From the NCBI RefSeq assembly GCF_006345805.1, contig NC_043011.1, positions 44,776,464-44,840,463 on the forward strand: a stretch of DNA of 64,000 nucleotides. Direction: 5' to 3'. Both the position numbers and the translations under genes were made by a program. The DNA is from Octopus sinensis (Eukaryota). Below the pieces are notes generated by a model. It worked only from the letters and a program-made list of their open reading frames with translations. It ran no database searches and was not told the DNA's origin. Positions 1 through 11,864 of the stretch are shown here, one piece after another (within the stretch, counting starts at the first letter, position 1; the number at the start of each line of letters is the position of its first letter).

Positions 1-167
1 TTAGTGGATTTATCCGACTTTGCATCGGTCTCAGCGAACATATTTAAAAGCATTATATATATATATTCATAAAATTAGGATAAAAATCACGTTAATGATA
101 ATTATCAAGTACATTATCTACGTTATTTACTTTTGATGGATATTTGCCCTAACCTTTTTTGTTGTTA

Positions 168-211
168 ACACAACGTTTCGGTTGATATACCCTTCACCTT
201 TCATCAGGTGT
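168..211 (-). ncRNA. Minimal type I hammerhead ribozyme motif (Penelope-like-element type)
   Basis: Minus strand reads ACAC-CTGATGA-A-AGGTGAAGGGTATATCAACC-GAAAC-GTT-GTGT. Stem I is ACAC/GTGT, the core is intact, stem II is bulged (GGTGA/TCAACC), stem III is the loopless palindrome AACGTT, and the cleavage triplet is GUU. Confidence 0.72.
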
Positions 212-264
212 ATTGGGGAAATTTCGAACCTGGGTTCTCATTCCTAAGGTATTTTTCGATGTTC

Positions 265-300
265 TTGTTGTTGTTGTTATTATTGTTGTTGTTGTTGTTA

Positions 301-349
<49 letters not shown>
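265..349. repeat. (TTG)n/(TTA)n microsatellite
   Basis: Directly visible; generates the poly-L/Y/N ORFs at 194-533. Confidence 0.95.
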
Positions 350-353
<4 letters not shown>

Positions 354-431
354 TCACTGCCTGGAATCGAACTCGGAATCTTGGGGTTAGTAGCCCGCAC
401 TTTTAACCACTACGCCATATGCCCGTGGGCA
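350..431 (-). mobile_element. tRNA-like SINE head followed by an (AAT)n tract
   Basis: Minus strand has an A box TGGCGTAGTGG (407-417) and a B box GAGTTCGATTCC (363-374). The acceptor stem is poor, so it is not a functional tRNA. Confidence 0.65.
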
Positions 432-432
432 C

Positions 433-474
<42 letters not shown>

Positions 475-1164
475 ACGACGTCGTTTTTCGAGTTAAGTCG
501 CGTGTCTTCGAGCCAATTACCAAAGTAGTTTGAGGTAGGCCTGTAATTGGCCATTCCAGAGTTTTGTCTCAAATGTTGTTCACTTCGTCATAACATCCTC
601 CTCTACTACAATTGTATAAACGTGGTCGTTGATTTGGGAGGGTATCGATGATTACTGTAAAATATTGTTGATGTTTTATGTATGACAAGCAATAAAGATC
701 CAGAAATTTCTCATTCGTTACCAGCGAAGACATAGGGTAAACTACCGTTAATCCAGACACGTTTTCCCCTCTCTCCGCTTTTTACTTTCTCACTGTTTTC
801 TTTCCTCATTCCTTGCTATCAAAGGGTGTAGGCTCGAATCGTTAAAAACTTTTCCATTTTTCATAAGCGTCAGATCACTACACCTTGTTTGTTGTTCCCT
901 CATCTGCCATTTGCTCTTTTTATATTTGAACCATGTTTATTAGACACATCGATATATTTCTCAGCAATAACGGATCAAAACCTATGTCCCTGCGCCACCA
1001 AATAAAACCTGTTTTCTTAACGATATTTGCTATCTGAGAACAGAACTAATTTTGTATTTCGTACGTAGCTCAAGCATTTATTAACTTATCTATGTTAGCT
1101 TCGTTGACCCATTCCAGAAGATCGCAATTATTTCCTCACTCTTTGTTGTATTAACTTGTGCAAG

Positions 1165-1560
1165 GCGCATGAATGGTTGCGTGGTGCAAAGTTTGCTTCT
1201 CAAAAACATGGTCCCAAAAACTTGGTTCCGGGTTCAGTCCCACTGCCTGGTACCTTGATCCTATAGATCTGGGCCGACCAAAGCCTTGCGAGAGGATTTG
1301 GTGGCCGGAAATTGAAAGAAGCCCATCGTATATGTATGTATGTATGTATCTTTGTTTTTGTCCGCTACCACCGCCTGGTAACTGGTACTGGTTTGTTTAC
1401 GTCCTCGTAACTTGGCAGTTTGGCAAAAAGAAACGATACAGTAAGTATCAGACTTAGAAAAAAGTGCTGGGATTGATTTGTTCAACTAAACTCTTTAAAG
1501 CGTTACCCCAGCATGACCGCAGTCAAATGGCTGAACGAAATAAAAGCTAAAAGATAAAGA
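1165..1560 (+). mobile_element. SINE family C (tRNA head, CORE-like ACCTTGGGCAAGTG block, internal microsatellite), diverged copy
   Basis: Matches the many other copies in the window: GGTTCCGGGTTCAGTCCC ... CAGCATGACCGCAGTCAAATGGCTGAA. Confidence 0.8.
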
Positions 1561-1799
1561 TAAATTTCAGCCATAGTTGATCAAAAACTTTACGGCTGCA
1601 TCATATTTCGTATGTCGTAGCTCAGGCATAATAATTTATTTGTTTCAGCTTCGTTGATCTTTTCCACAAGATCGGAATTATTTCCCTGCCTCTTAGTCGT
1701 ACGAACTAAACTTCTTCAACATTTCTTTTGATGGTTATCTTTGTCGACAAAGGAACTGCAGTCATTCAATAATTTCATTACGCATTTATGATCAGCGAG

Positions 1800-1970
1800 T
1801 CTCTCCAGAACGAGTCACTGCTTCTCTACATTGAGAGATCATAGTTCCAATACTCCGGATATGTGATTAGAATGTTGCAGGAAAGAACCTCAAGATGGAT
1901 TCTGCAAACCGAACCAACTGGGTTTACCAAGGGGTAAACCAAGGATGAGATGGGTGAATAAATATCCTTA
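1800..1970 (+). mobile_element. RTE-clade LINE C-terminal remnant
   Basis: Translates to LLYIERS*FQYSGYVIRMLQERTSRWILQTEPTG..PRGKPRMRWVNNI, resembling the RTE motif RWFGHV.RM...R.P...GRPR.RW. Confidence 0.5.
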
Positions 1971-2989
1971 ATACTGTGTAACAAAGGTTTTATATATTTT
2001 TGTCTTTGGTGGTTGACTGTTATTTCCTTTTTTTTTTTTTTTATCTAGAAATCAATCATAGGGAATGCCTACTATTCCCTTCAAACTCTGCTTTTGTGAC
2101 CTGGACATCAATGTTTTGAAACGGAGCTATTTTCCATTACATCTCAGACTGTTTCTGCGCCGAGTTGCAGATGTAGAAATATCATAATAGCAAATATTCT
2201 GCTCGGTACTACAGTTTTGCTTGTCGGTTGCTTGACGTTAATCACTTGAGTAATGGCTGACAATATGTGCCTCTCTGATCATGTGCAGGAGTAGTGGTGG
2301 AGCATCATAGCCATGTGTTGAGAGAAATTCTTTGGGGTTTGAATAAATGTAAAATAAGCAAACTTTGAAGGAAATATTAGCCATTCTTCATACTTTCTAG
2401 GGGTAAGCAAATAAATTATAATAGTTGCTACCCGAGGACAAAAATCATATTACACAACCTCAACCGATCACGCTTAGGAATCCAGCCAAAAAGTGTAATG
2501 ACAATTGCTTCTTAAAGGACTCTATGGAGGAGATGCCCAAGGACTCTATACCCGCGGCCTTTCCTGGAATAGTGGGTTGAGAAAATGGATGGTTGGATGG
2601 ATGGATTTTTATTTTCACATATAGTTCCTTGCAGTTTCATCTGCCATTTCTCTAGAGTTATCTGTGATTCCAGATCGATAGCAGTTCGATGATATTCAGA
2701 GACTATAAAGCCAAATGATTTATATAGCTGTTATAACAATTTACTGCATGAACTATTTTGAATCACAAAAATAATTTTCTAAATAATGAAATAATTTAGG
2801 TCTAAAAGAGTTAATTGATGAACTAAAATAAATAGCAATTTCCATTAGAGATAAAAATTAACAGTTTACAAAACAAACTAATTGCTTGTTTTTCATTAGA
2901 ATTCATAATGTGGTCAAATTAAACCACACTAGCCTTTTTGCCCCACGGCTGGTCGCTGTAACATATTTAGACGTTATCTTTTGTCATTT

Positions 2990-3202
2990 ATTATCTTTTA
3001 ATCGTTTCAATCAGTGGACTGCGGCCATGCTGGGGCACCACCTTGTGGTGGGTATTAGTCGAACAAACCAACCCTAGTACTTAGTATGTTATATTTTTTC
3101 AAATCTGGTGTTTATTCTATCGGTGTCTTTTGCCGAACAGCTAAGTTTCGGGGGACATAAGCAAACCAACACCGGTTGTCAAGCGCTGGGGTATGTGAAC
3201 TA

Positions 3203-3255
<53 letters not shown>

Positions 3256-3415
3256 ACATTCACATACACGTATGTATATATACGACGGGCCTCTACACAT
3301 TTTCCGTCTACCAAATTCATTCACAAGACATTGCTCAAGGTGCTGCGCAGTGGGACTGAACCCCAAACTACGTATTTGCAAAGCAAGCTTTTTAACCACA
3401 CAGCTGTGGACGTCG
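2990..3415 (-). mobile_element. SINE family C copy with expanded (CA)n
   Basis: Reverse complement of the family C consensus seen at 50859-51269. Confidence 0.8.
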
Positions 3416-4023
3416 TTATTATTATTTATTTCTTTTTACAATTTTGTCAGAAAAGTAGGGACAGCGCCTAAAATCCTTTATTTTTTTCATGGTCTCTGAA
3501 GTCGGGTAGAGGAAACGGGAAGGTTATCCTTAAACCGGAGATCTCGCATGAATGCTTCCAAAAGAGTTTTGCCCCCCCCCCTACTAAAGACATTCAAAGA
3601 TCATGAGGTGACGTTAAACCAGATGATAGATTATTATGTCGACTACCTAAGAATTCAGGATGCGCAAAGGCAAAAGAAGCACCGCAAAGCATTTCGCTTA
3701 CCATGCAGTTTACCGTCGTAAAAAAATTGAAAGTAAATTCTCAGGAAAAAAAAAAAAGTAAATTGCGACAGAAACCGGAAATGACGATAGTGACATACCA
3801 TAATTTCATAAGATAATATAAAGAATTCCCTCTTTGTATCACGTCAACGAACACCTACATGTGTTGCACCTTCTATTAATGTGTTAAATATTTCAGAAAT
3901 AGCTGATGGGGTACATCGTTCCAGCGTATTATATACCCAGCAACGAACACTACCGAGAAGGCAATTCGGTGGCTTTCGTGTTGACTCATGATAAGCAAAC
4001 ACACTTACATGTGAGCAATGCAA

Positions 4024-4244
4024 TACGAGGGAGTACTGAAAAGTTTCTGGCTTTAAAGGTGTCACGAAAGGCTTGGTTTAGAGACCCAACTTTCCGAGCT
4101 CTTTTACAGAGCTTAGAAAAACTGAAGGACCGCTGCAATACGTGTGTAAATCTGAGAGGGGGATATGTTGAATAAAATCATAATCAACTGATCCTCCTGT
4201 ATTTTCTTTTACCCAAAGCCGGGATTTTTCAGCACTTCCTCGTA
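4024..4244 (+). mobile_element. Mariner-derived MITE (internally deleted)
   Basis: TA-flanked TIRs TACGAGGGAGTACTGAAAAGTTTCTGGCTT / AAGCCGGGATTTTTCAGCACTTCCTCGTA. Retains the mariner C-terminus LEKLKDRCNTCVNLRGGYVE*. Confidence 0.85.
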
Positions 4245-4357
4245 ATCCTGCATGATTAATGAGCTTAGAGAATGTACTGACAGGAACCGGTGGCATTGTT
4301 CCTGTAGATTCATTCGGATTATGCAAGCCAATTCCATTTTTGAGAAAGGCCAGTCAA

Positions 4358-4789
4358 GGATCTTTTCGGTTTGAACGGCAGTTTTTTCTAGCGGTGTCAT
4401 ATGAAAGTGTCACCCATAATTATGACCCTAGTATCGATCTATTGCATTTCAATCTGTTTTAGGGTTGGGGTTTGTTAAGGTTAGGGCTAGGGATGGGGGG
4501 AAGGGTATCTTTTTTTCTTTAGAAATGAAAATAAACCCAATCTGTTTCTTAAACGAGGGACATATTCATACGGCACAGAATGTTTTCACCTCAATAGACG
4601 TCATTGATTGGCTAAAATTGCAGAAATTGAAGAAAAAACAACAACAAATCTCTTACAAACCATAGAATTTTCTCAATAATGCCAAGAGAAAAAGATGTTT
4701 TATAAACACATTCTACCAGTATACGAAGTTTAAAAGTGTTTAGTTACGTGGAAATTATTTTAAAACTGCCGTTCAAACAGAAAAGATCC
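4358..4789. mobile_element. MITE with 28-bp TIR and an internal degenerate TTAGGG-like tract
   Basis: GGATCTTTTCGGTTTGAACGGCAGTTTT vs AAAACTGCCGTTCAAACAGAAAAGATCC (27/28). TTAGGG-like tract at ~4458-4500. The right arm is similar to the 11865-12553 element. Confidence 0.75.
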
Positions 4790-5889
4790 CAAGTCGACTC
4801 TATCAATAATAATTTAACCACCGTACTTCTGAGTACATATTTTGTTAAGTCACTCATCATTTCCGGTTTCTATCGCAATTTACTTACATTTTTTCGGACA
4901 ATTTATTTTCACCTTTTTTTTTTCCGGCGGTAAACTGCATATTAACCTCGCATCCCATCAGATTGTTTAATAATTTCGCCAGTCCATCGCCTTGAACTCG
5001 TATTTTATTATATCCTTCCCGAAATTATGAAAAGCAAAGTTGAACCCTAGAGAATTTAAACTCAGAACCATTAAAAGATCTCAAGGCATTTCCTACCGCA
5101 TTATTACGTATATTATACTAAACCATTTACTACAACACTAAACAAACACAGCCGACAGAGAAAATTTTGACACTTTACAAATATTTTGCTTGAAAAGTGT
5201 GTAAGGTGTCTGAAAGTTTATCACGTATTTCCTACATCATCAATTATTCGATGTCGTGTGAAATAAATAAATAAAAAATAAATAAATAAATAAAATTGAA
5301 GTTATCGTCTGACGTGTGGAAGACAGATATGAGAATGGCGTTGTTTCTCGTTTTTTTAGCCCCAGGTCTGTCCTAATCGAGCAGATCTATACTCAACGAC
5401 ATTCCAGCCGAAACCACCCTGTTGTTTTTTTTTTCTTTATTTGCAGGGAACCCAGGATTATATTAGCCAATATGTCCATATCTAAAACAGTTGGGTTTGA
5501 TTTGAGAGAGCTCTGTTTGGCTCGTATTTCCAACGGACCGACTGATCACGTAGGAGTCCCTCCTCTTCGTCAGTGCGTCCATTGTACTAACAATAATGTA
5601 AAGGCAGACGGTATGTTTTGACATGTGAGCCAAATTATTGTCTACCGAGGAGAGATTGGTAAATAAGTATACAGTCATGTATTACTGAGATGTGTTGTGA
5701 AATATAATACCAAGTTTATCCAATTTTTTTTTCTTCCCGTTCAACGTTGTTGCTGGCAGGTCAAACATTTTATCTTCTGCAGATAAAAAAATTTGGATGA
5801 GCGGGGTGGGGTGGGGGGAGTGGTGAACTGATTAGTAAAAGTCAACTTGTTGAATTTGATAAGAAGTGAAACCGTTCTTGTAATACCTG

Positions 5890-6095
5890 ATACATACGCA
5901 CACATACAAATATACACACCCTCATACACATATAAATATACACACACACTCTTACGCGCACGCACACACATATACACACACACACACACAAATACACGCA
6001 TACCTACACATACATAAACGTACACATACAGACACACAAGTGTCAATATACATACATGCACACATGGATATAAATAGATACACATACATGTGTGT

Positions 6096-6158
<63 letters not shown>

Positions 6159-6296
6159 ATATATATCACATACATTGATATACACACACAAATACGTTCA
6201 AATACGCTGATACATTTACATAACAGGCATACATATAACGTGCATATATACAGATATGCATATACACATACATGTATCTATGGATACAAACATAGG

Positions 6297-6339
<43 letters not shown>

Positions 6340-6345
6340 ACACAC
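5890..6345. repeat. Compound (CA)n/(TA)n microsatellite
   Basis: Directly visible. Confidence 0.9.
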
Positions 6346-6539
6346 GCTGACATCCTCTAACGTTCTTAGCCTCCAACGCCGTGTTCTCCTCCGCCTCTTC
6401 CTTAACCTACAACGACGACACGGAGAAGGAGGAGGAAGCGTTGCGTGTCAAAGAGGTGAAGGCGAAAGAGGCGACCCGTGACGGTTGTTCTATTCGGAAA
6501 ACAAGATGATTCAAAGAGACAAGCAAATAATCCACTCAT

Positions 6540-7240
6540 GCCACCACCACCACCATCACCACCATCACCACCACCAACAACAACAACAATAACAACACCA
6601 TCATAACACTACTACAGCCATAATCATCATCACCTCACCAACAACACCACCACCACCACCACCATCACCACCACCACCAACATCAACAACAACAACACTA
6701 TCATAACGCTACTACTGCTATAACCATCATCACCACACCACCACCAGCAACACAACCATCACCACTACCACCACCACCATCACCACCACCACTACCATCA
6801 CCACCATCACCACCACCATCACTACCACTACCACATCACCATCACCACCACCACCACCATCACCATCACCACCACCATCACCATCACCACCACCATCACC
6901 ACCATCACCACCACCATCACTACAACCACCACCATCACCACCAGCACCAGCACCACCACCATCACCATCACCACCACCACCATCACCACCATCACTACCA
7001 CCATCACTACCACTACCACCACCATCACTACCACCATCACTACCACTACCACCACCACCATCACCATCACCACTACCTCTTCTTGAAGAAGCAGCACCTC
7101 CACTTCTAGCAACACCGCCACCAACAATAATAACAACGCTATCACTACCACCATCACCAAGGGGAACAATAATCCTACCACCTGCACCACCACCGTCATC
7201 AACTCCACCACTACCACCACTACCGCCGCCACCACCACCT
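6540..7240. repeat. ~700-bp (ACC/ATC/AAC)n trinucleotide low-complexity tract
   Basis: Directly visible; source of the poly-V/M ORF 6828-7238. Confidence 0.95.
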
Positions 7241-7489
7241 TTTAACTACAGGAAAAAGTAAAAGAAAATGTAAAGACAAACAAACATGTTATCACATCGA
7301 ATGTATCGTAAACAACAGCAGCATCAACAACAACAACAACAGCTGCAACAAGATAAAACAATAACAACAACCACAACAAAATATTTATATTAGAGGAATA
7401 ATGACAACAGCAAAAACAAACCAAACTCGTCGGTTATGTCTTTCTCAAAGGAAGTACTTTGAGTTGATGGAGTACATCAAACAAAGCAA

Positions 7490-7890
7490 TGGGAGAGGGA
7501 GAGAGAGAGGGAGAAAGCGAGACAAGAAGGGAGGGAGAGAGAGACAGAGGGAAGGAAAGAGAGGGAGAGGAAGAGAGAGACAGGGAAGAAGGGAGAGGGA
7601 GAGAGAGAGAGAGCGAGAGGGAGAGTAAGAGAGAGAGAGGGAGAAAGCGAGACAAGAAGGGAGAGAGGGAGGGGAGAGAGACAGAGGGAAGGAAAGAGAG
7701 GGAGAGGAAGAGAGAGACAGGGAAGAAGGTAGAGGAAGAGAGACAGAGGGAGGGAGAGAGAGGGAGGAGAGACTGGGAGGGAGAGAGCAAGAGAGAGACA
7801 GGGAAGGAGAGAGGGAGAGAGAGAGAGACAGAAGGAGTGAGAGAGAAAGGAGAGGGAGAGGAAGAGAGAGAAAGAGAGCGGAGGTAGGAT
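7490..7890. repeat. Polypurine (GA-rich) tract with an internal ~130-bp duplication
   Basis: The block GAGAGAGAGGGAGAAAGCGAGACAAGAAGGGAG... occurs at ~7500 and ~7630. Confidence 0.9.
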
Positions 7891-8067
7891 GGGTGAAGAA
7901 CGAGGGAGGGACCTTTCAGAGACAGCATCAGAGATTGGTGCCCTTCCTGGGATCATTTAAAGTAAACACAACCCTACAGAAACCAAAATAGCTTAGCAGT
8001 GACCTAGCGTAGGCTGGACCGCTGGGGCTGTTCCCCCCTGTGCGCAAAAATTCTTACGAGTGTAAGA

Positions 8068-8230
8068 TTTCGGTGTGGCTGTGTGGTTGATCACAAGCCT
8101 GCTTCCCCAACATGTGGTCTTCGGTTCAGTCCCATTGCGCGGGTACCTTGGACAAGTGTCTTCTTCTATAGCCCTTACAAGGCCAACAAAAGACTTGCAA
8201 GTGGATTTGGTAGACGGAAAATGACATTTC
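8068..8230 (+). mobile_element. SINE family C 5' half
   Basis: GTGTGGCTGTGTGG...GGATTTGGTAGACGGAAA. Confidence 0.75.
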
Positions 8231-8361
8231 ACTGTAAGAAACATCACAAGTTGAGTCTCCCTATCTCTGACGATACCTCTCATGGCTTTTAAGGCCTGCA
8301 AGAAAGGCTTACAAGTTATTCCTTATCGATACACACATATATGTATTAGTGTGTGTGTGTG

Positions 8362-8533
8362 TGTGTGTATTCGACGAGCTTCCTTCAGTTTCCGTCTACC
8401 AAATCCACTCAAAAGCCTTTGGTGGGCTCGAGGCTATAGTAGAAGACACTTGCACAAGGTTCCGCGCACTGGGACCGAACCCGGAACCATGTGGTTGGGA
8501 AGCAAGCTACTTACCACACAGCCACTCCTGCGC
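8362..8533 (-). mobile_element. SINE family C 5' half
   Basis: Reverse complement of the family C head, ending CCACACAGCCACTCCTGCGCCTA. Confidence 0.8.
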
Positions 8534-8535
8534 CT

Positions 8536-9030
<495 letters not shown>

Positions 9031-9285
9031 TTGTATACAAATAAAAATTATAATGCTTGTTCTTTTATTTGAAGTACATTACATCATATTTCAATCACGA
9101 TTTTAATTCAGTATTCATCACAACTGTCCGGCGAACGGGAACGTGAAACTGAGTAACAGTTTTGTGATAACTTCATACAGTTTTAATAAAAGCATATTAC
9201 TCTACTTTTGGCATTCAAGTACTATTTTATTCCATCTTATTTTGCATTAATGTGCTTAACTTTGTGTGTGTGTGTGTGTGTGTGT

Positions 9286-9467
9286 CTTTTACTGGTTTCA
9301 GTCATGTGACTGTGGCCATCCTGGAGCACCGCCTTTAGTCGAGCAAATCGACCACCAGGACTTATTCTTTGTAAGCCTAGTACTTATTCTATCGTTTTGT
9401 TTTTTGCCGAACCGCTAAGTTACGGGGACGTAAGCACACCAGCATCGGTTGTCAAGCGATGTTGGGG

Positions 9468-9524
<57 letters not shown>

Positions 9525-9681
9525 TACGACGGGCTTCTTTCAGTTTTCATCTACCAAATCCATTCACAAGGCTTTGGTCGGCCCGAGGCTATAGAAGACA
9601 TTTGCCCAAGGTGTCACGCAGTGGGACTGATCCCGGAACCATGTGGTTCGTAAGCAAGCTACTTACCACACAGCCACTCCT
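9286..9681 (-). mobile_element. SINE family C full copy
   Basis: Full-length reverse-complement match to the family. Confidence 0.85.
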
Positions 9682-10278
9682 ATATATATATATATATATA
9701 CGTATAAAATTGAGATTCTGTCCGTTTGTGTGTTTGTTTGTCCCATAAAATGAAAGTAAATGGTTCAAATGAGGCATCACTAATTATGCACAAACCTATG
9801 ACGAACTACATTGAGGTAAATATTCTCACTGGTTATGATAAACATGACCCCGTCTTCGTTCCTCGCATATTAGTTATACCATCTAATGTCCCATTCTAAT
9901 TTAAACCCTTACAGTTTCATATCCCACATTCTTTTTCCTATCAACATTAATAAAAGTCAGGGCCAAACACTAAAAGTTGCTGCATTGTAACTTGAAGTTC
10001 GTATATTGCCTTTCATCCTTTCGGGGTCGATTAAATAAGTACCAGTTACGCACTGGGGTCGATATAATCGACTTAATCCGTTTGTCTGTCCTTGTTTGTC
10101 CACTCTGTGTTTAGCCCCTTGTCGGCAGTAAAGAAATGTATATGAAATCCACCCCTTTTCGACTTCAATTATTACGTTTTTCTCTTATATAATACGCACA
10201 TACAGGACAAGTAAACCTAAATTTAACTGACAGGACACAGCATTTGTAATTTCATTTGACTATTACTTACTGATATTC
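9682..10278 (+). mobile_element. Helitron derivative with decayed Pif1-type helicase C-terminal coding fragment
   Basis: 9799-9998 translates (one stop, one frameshift) to MTNYIEVNILTGYDKHDPVFVPRILVIPSNVPF*FKPLQFHIPHSFS..INKSQGQTLKVAAL. This matches the Helitron motif PRIP.IP..LPF.FKRLQFP...FAMTINKSQGQTL. A Helitron-like 5' end (TATAAAATTGAGATTCTGTCCGTTTGTG) is present. Confidence 0.75.
10007..10137 (+). mobile_element. 5'-truncated SINE family B (Deu/Nin-domain-like)
   Basis: GCCTTTCATCCTTTCGGGGTCGATTAAATAAGTACCAG block, flanked by GTATAT direct repeats (10001-10006, 10138-10143). Confidence 0.85.
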
Positions 10279-10665
10279 ATCGTGGAGGCGCAATGGCCCA
10301 GTGGTTAGGGCAGCGGACTCGCGGTCATAGGATCGCGGTTTCGATTCCCAGAGCGGGCGTTGTGAGTGTTTATTGAGCGAAAACACCTAAAGCTCCACGA
10401 GGCTCCGGCAGGGATGGTGGTGATCCCTGCTGTACTCTTTCACCACAACTTTCTCTCACTTACTTCCTGTTTCTGTTGTACCTGTATTTCAAAGGGCCAG
10501 CCTTGTCACTCTCTGTGTCACGCTGAATATCCCCGAGAACTACGTTAAGGGTGCACGTGTCTGTGGAGTGCTCAGCCACTTACACGTTAATTTCACGAGC
10601 AGGCTGTTCCGTTGATTCGGATCAACCGGAACCCTCGTCGTCGTAACCGACGGAGTGCTTCCACC
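10279..10665 (+). mobile_element. SINE family A (tRNA-derived), young full copy
   Basis: Head GGCGCAATGGCCCAGTGGTTAGGG...GGTTTCGATTCC; 10-bp TSD ACTGATATTC (10269-10278, 10666-10675). Confidence 0.9.
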
Positions 10666-10679
10666 ACTGATATTCCTAA

Positions 10680-11850
10680 GGAAAAAATGTCTACAAAAAA
10701 AACATCAAAAAAGAATACAAAACAAACGCACGACGTGCAGCAGAAAACGAGGATGAGACACGCGCAAACCTAAATTTGTAGTCGTTGTCTCACTCTGCTT
10801 CAGATTCGAAACTGAATCTTTCAATTCTCCTTGGGTATACAGCTTATTCAAATGTCAAAAGAAACCATGATAAATGGGTCTTCCTCTTCACACGTGGTCT
10901 TCTCAGTGCATCACACAGTCACCTGGATTCCCTAAAGCTATTGTATATGATACAGCTATTCTTGTAGCTTCGTTCACGATACACCGCCTCTTCAAACGTC
11001 AAAAGGAACAGTGACAAATAGATGTTCAACTTGACCTGTAGCCTTTTCAGTATCATCGCAGTCACCTAGATTCTGTAAAGCTATTCTTCTATATGATATT
11101 CTCATTTTTCTAGCTTCTCGGTTCTGATATGAGCATTGATAAAAGTCAGAGCCAAACAATAAAAGTTGCTGGGATTGGAACTTGAAGAACAAACAGAAGT
11201 TCGTATATGAAATCCATCTTTTTTTTTTATCTCAATTATTACACGTTTTTCACTTATATAATGGGAGTGGAAGCACTCCGTCGGTTACGACGACGAGGGT
11301 TCCGGTTGATCCGAATCAACGGAACAGCCTGCTCGTGAAATTAACGTGTAAGTGGCTGAGCACTCCACAGACACGTGTACCCTTAACGTAGTTCTCGGGG
11401 ATATTCAGCGTGACACAGAGAGTGACAAGGCCGGCCCTTTGAAATACAGGTACAACAGAAACAGGAAGTAAGAGTGAGAGAAAGTTGTGGTGAAAGAGTA
11501 CAGCAGGGATCACCACCATCCCCTGCCGGAGCCTCGTGGAGCTTTTAGGTGTTTTCGCTCAATAAACACTCACAACGCCCGGTCTGGGAATCGAAACCGC
11601 GATCCTATGACCGCGAGTCCGCTGCCCTAACCACTGGGCCATTGCGCCTCCACTCACTTATATAATACACACATACAGGACAAGTAAACTTAAATCTGAC
11701 AGGCAGGACACAGCATTTGTAATTTCATTGGACTATTACTTACTGTTGCCTTGCCTTCCATTCCTGTAATATTGCGCCAGAATTTCACTACTAACACTGA
11801 CAGGGCACAGCATTTGTAATTTCGTCTCACTATTACTTACTGATATTCCT
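10680..11850 (+). mobile_element. Second Helitron derivative, tandem with 9682-10278
   Basis: Contains a Rep-N-terminal-like NARRAAENEDETRA (~10724), a helicase-motif remnant SIDKSQSQTIKVAG (~11130), and a 3' region homologous to 10138-10278. Confidence 0.55.
11263..11653 (-). mobile_element. SINE family A, young full copy
   Basis: Near-identical reverse complement of 10279-10665; 13-bp TSD TCACTTATATAAT (11250-11262, 11654-11666). Confidence 0.9.
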
Positions 11851-11864
11851 AATATAAAAAAGAA

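Larger units (their letters stand above)
3703..4940. mobile_element. Outer TIR element (~95-bp diverged inverted repeats) hosting two nested MITEs
   Basis: ATGCAGTTTACCG...AGTAAATTGCGACAGAAACCGGAAATGA at 3703-3790 is the reverse complement of 4850-4940. Confidence 0.6.

Noticed and set aside
10279-10360. tRNA gene calls at the SINE A, B and C heads and at 350-431
   Set aside because: A/B boxes are present but there is no complete cloverleaf and each continues into a SINE body.
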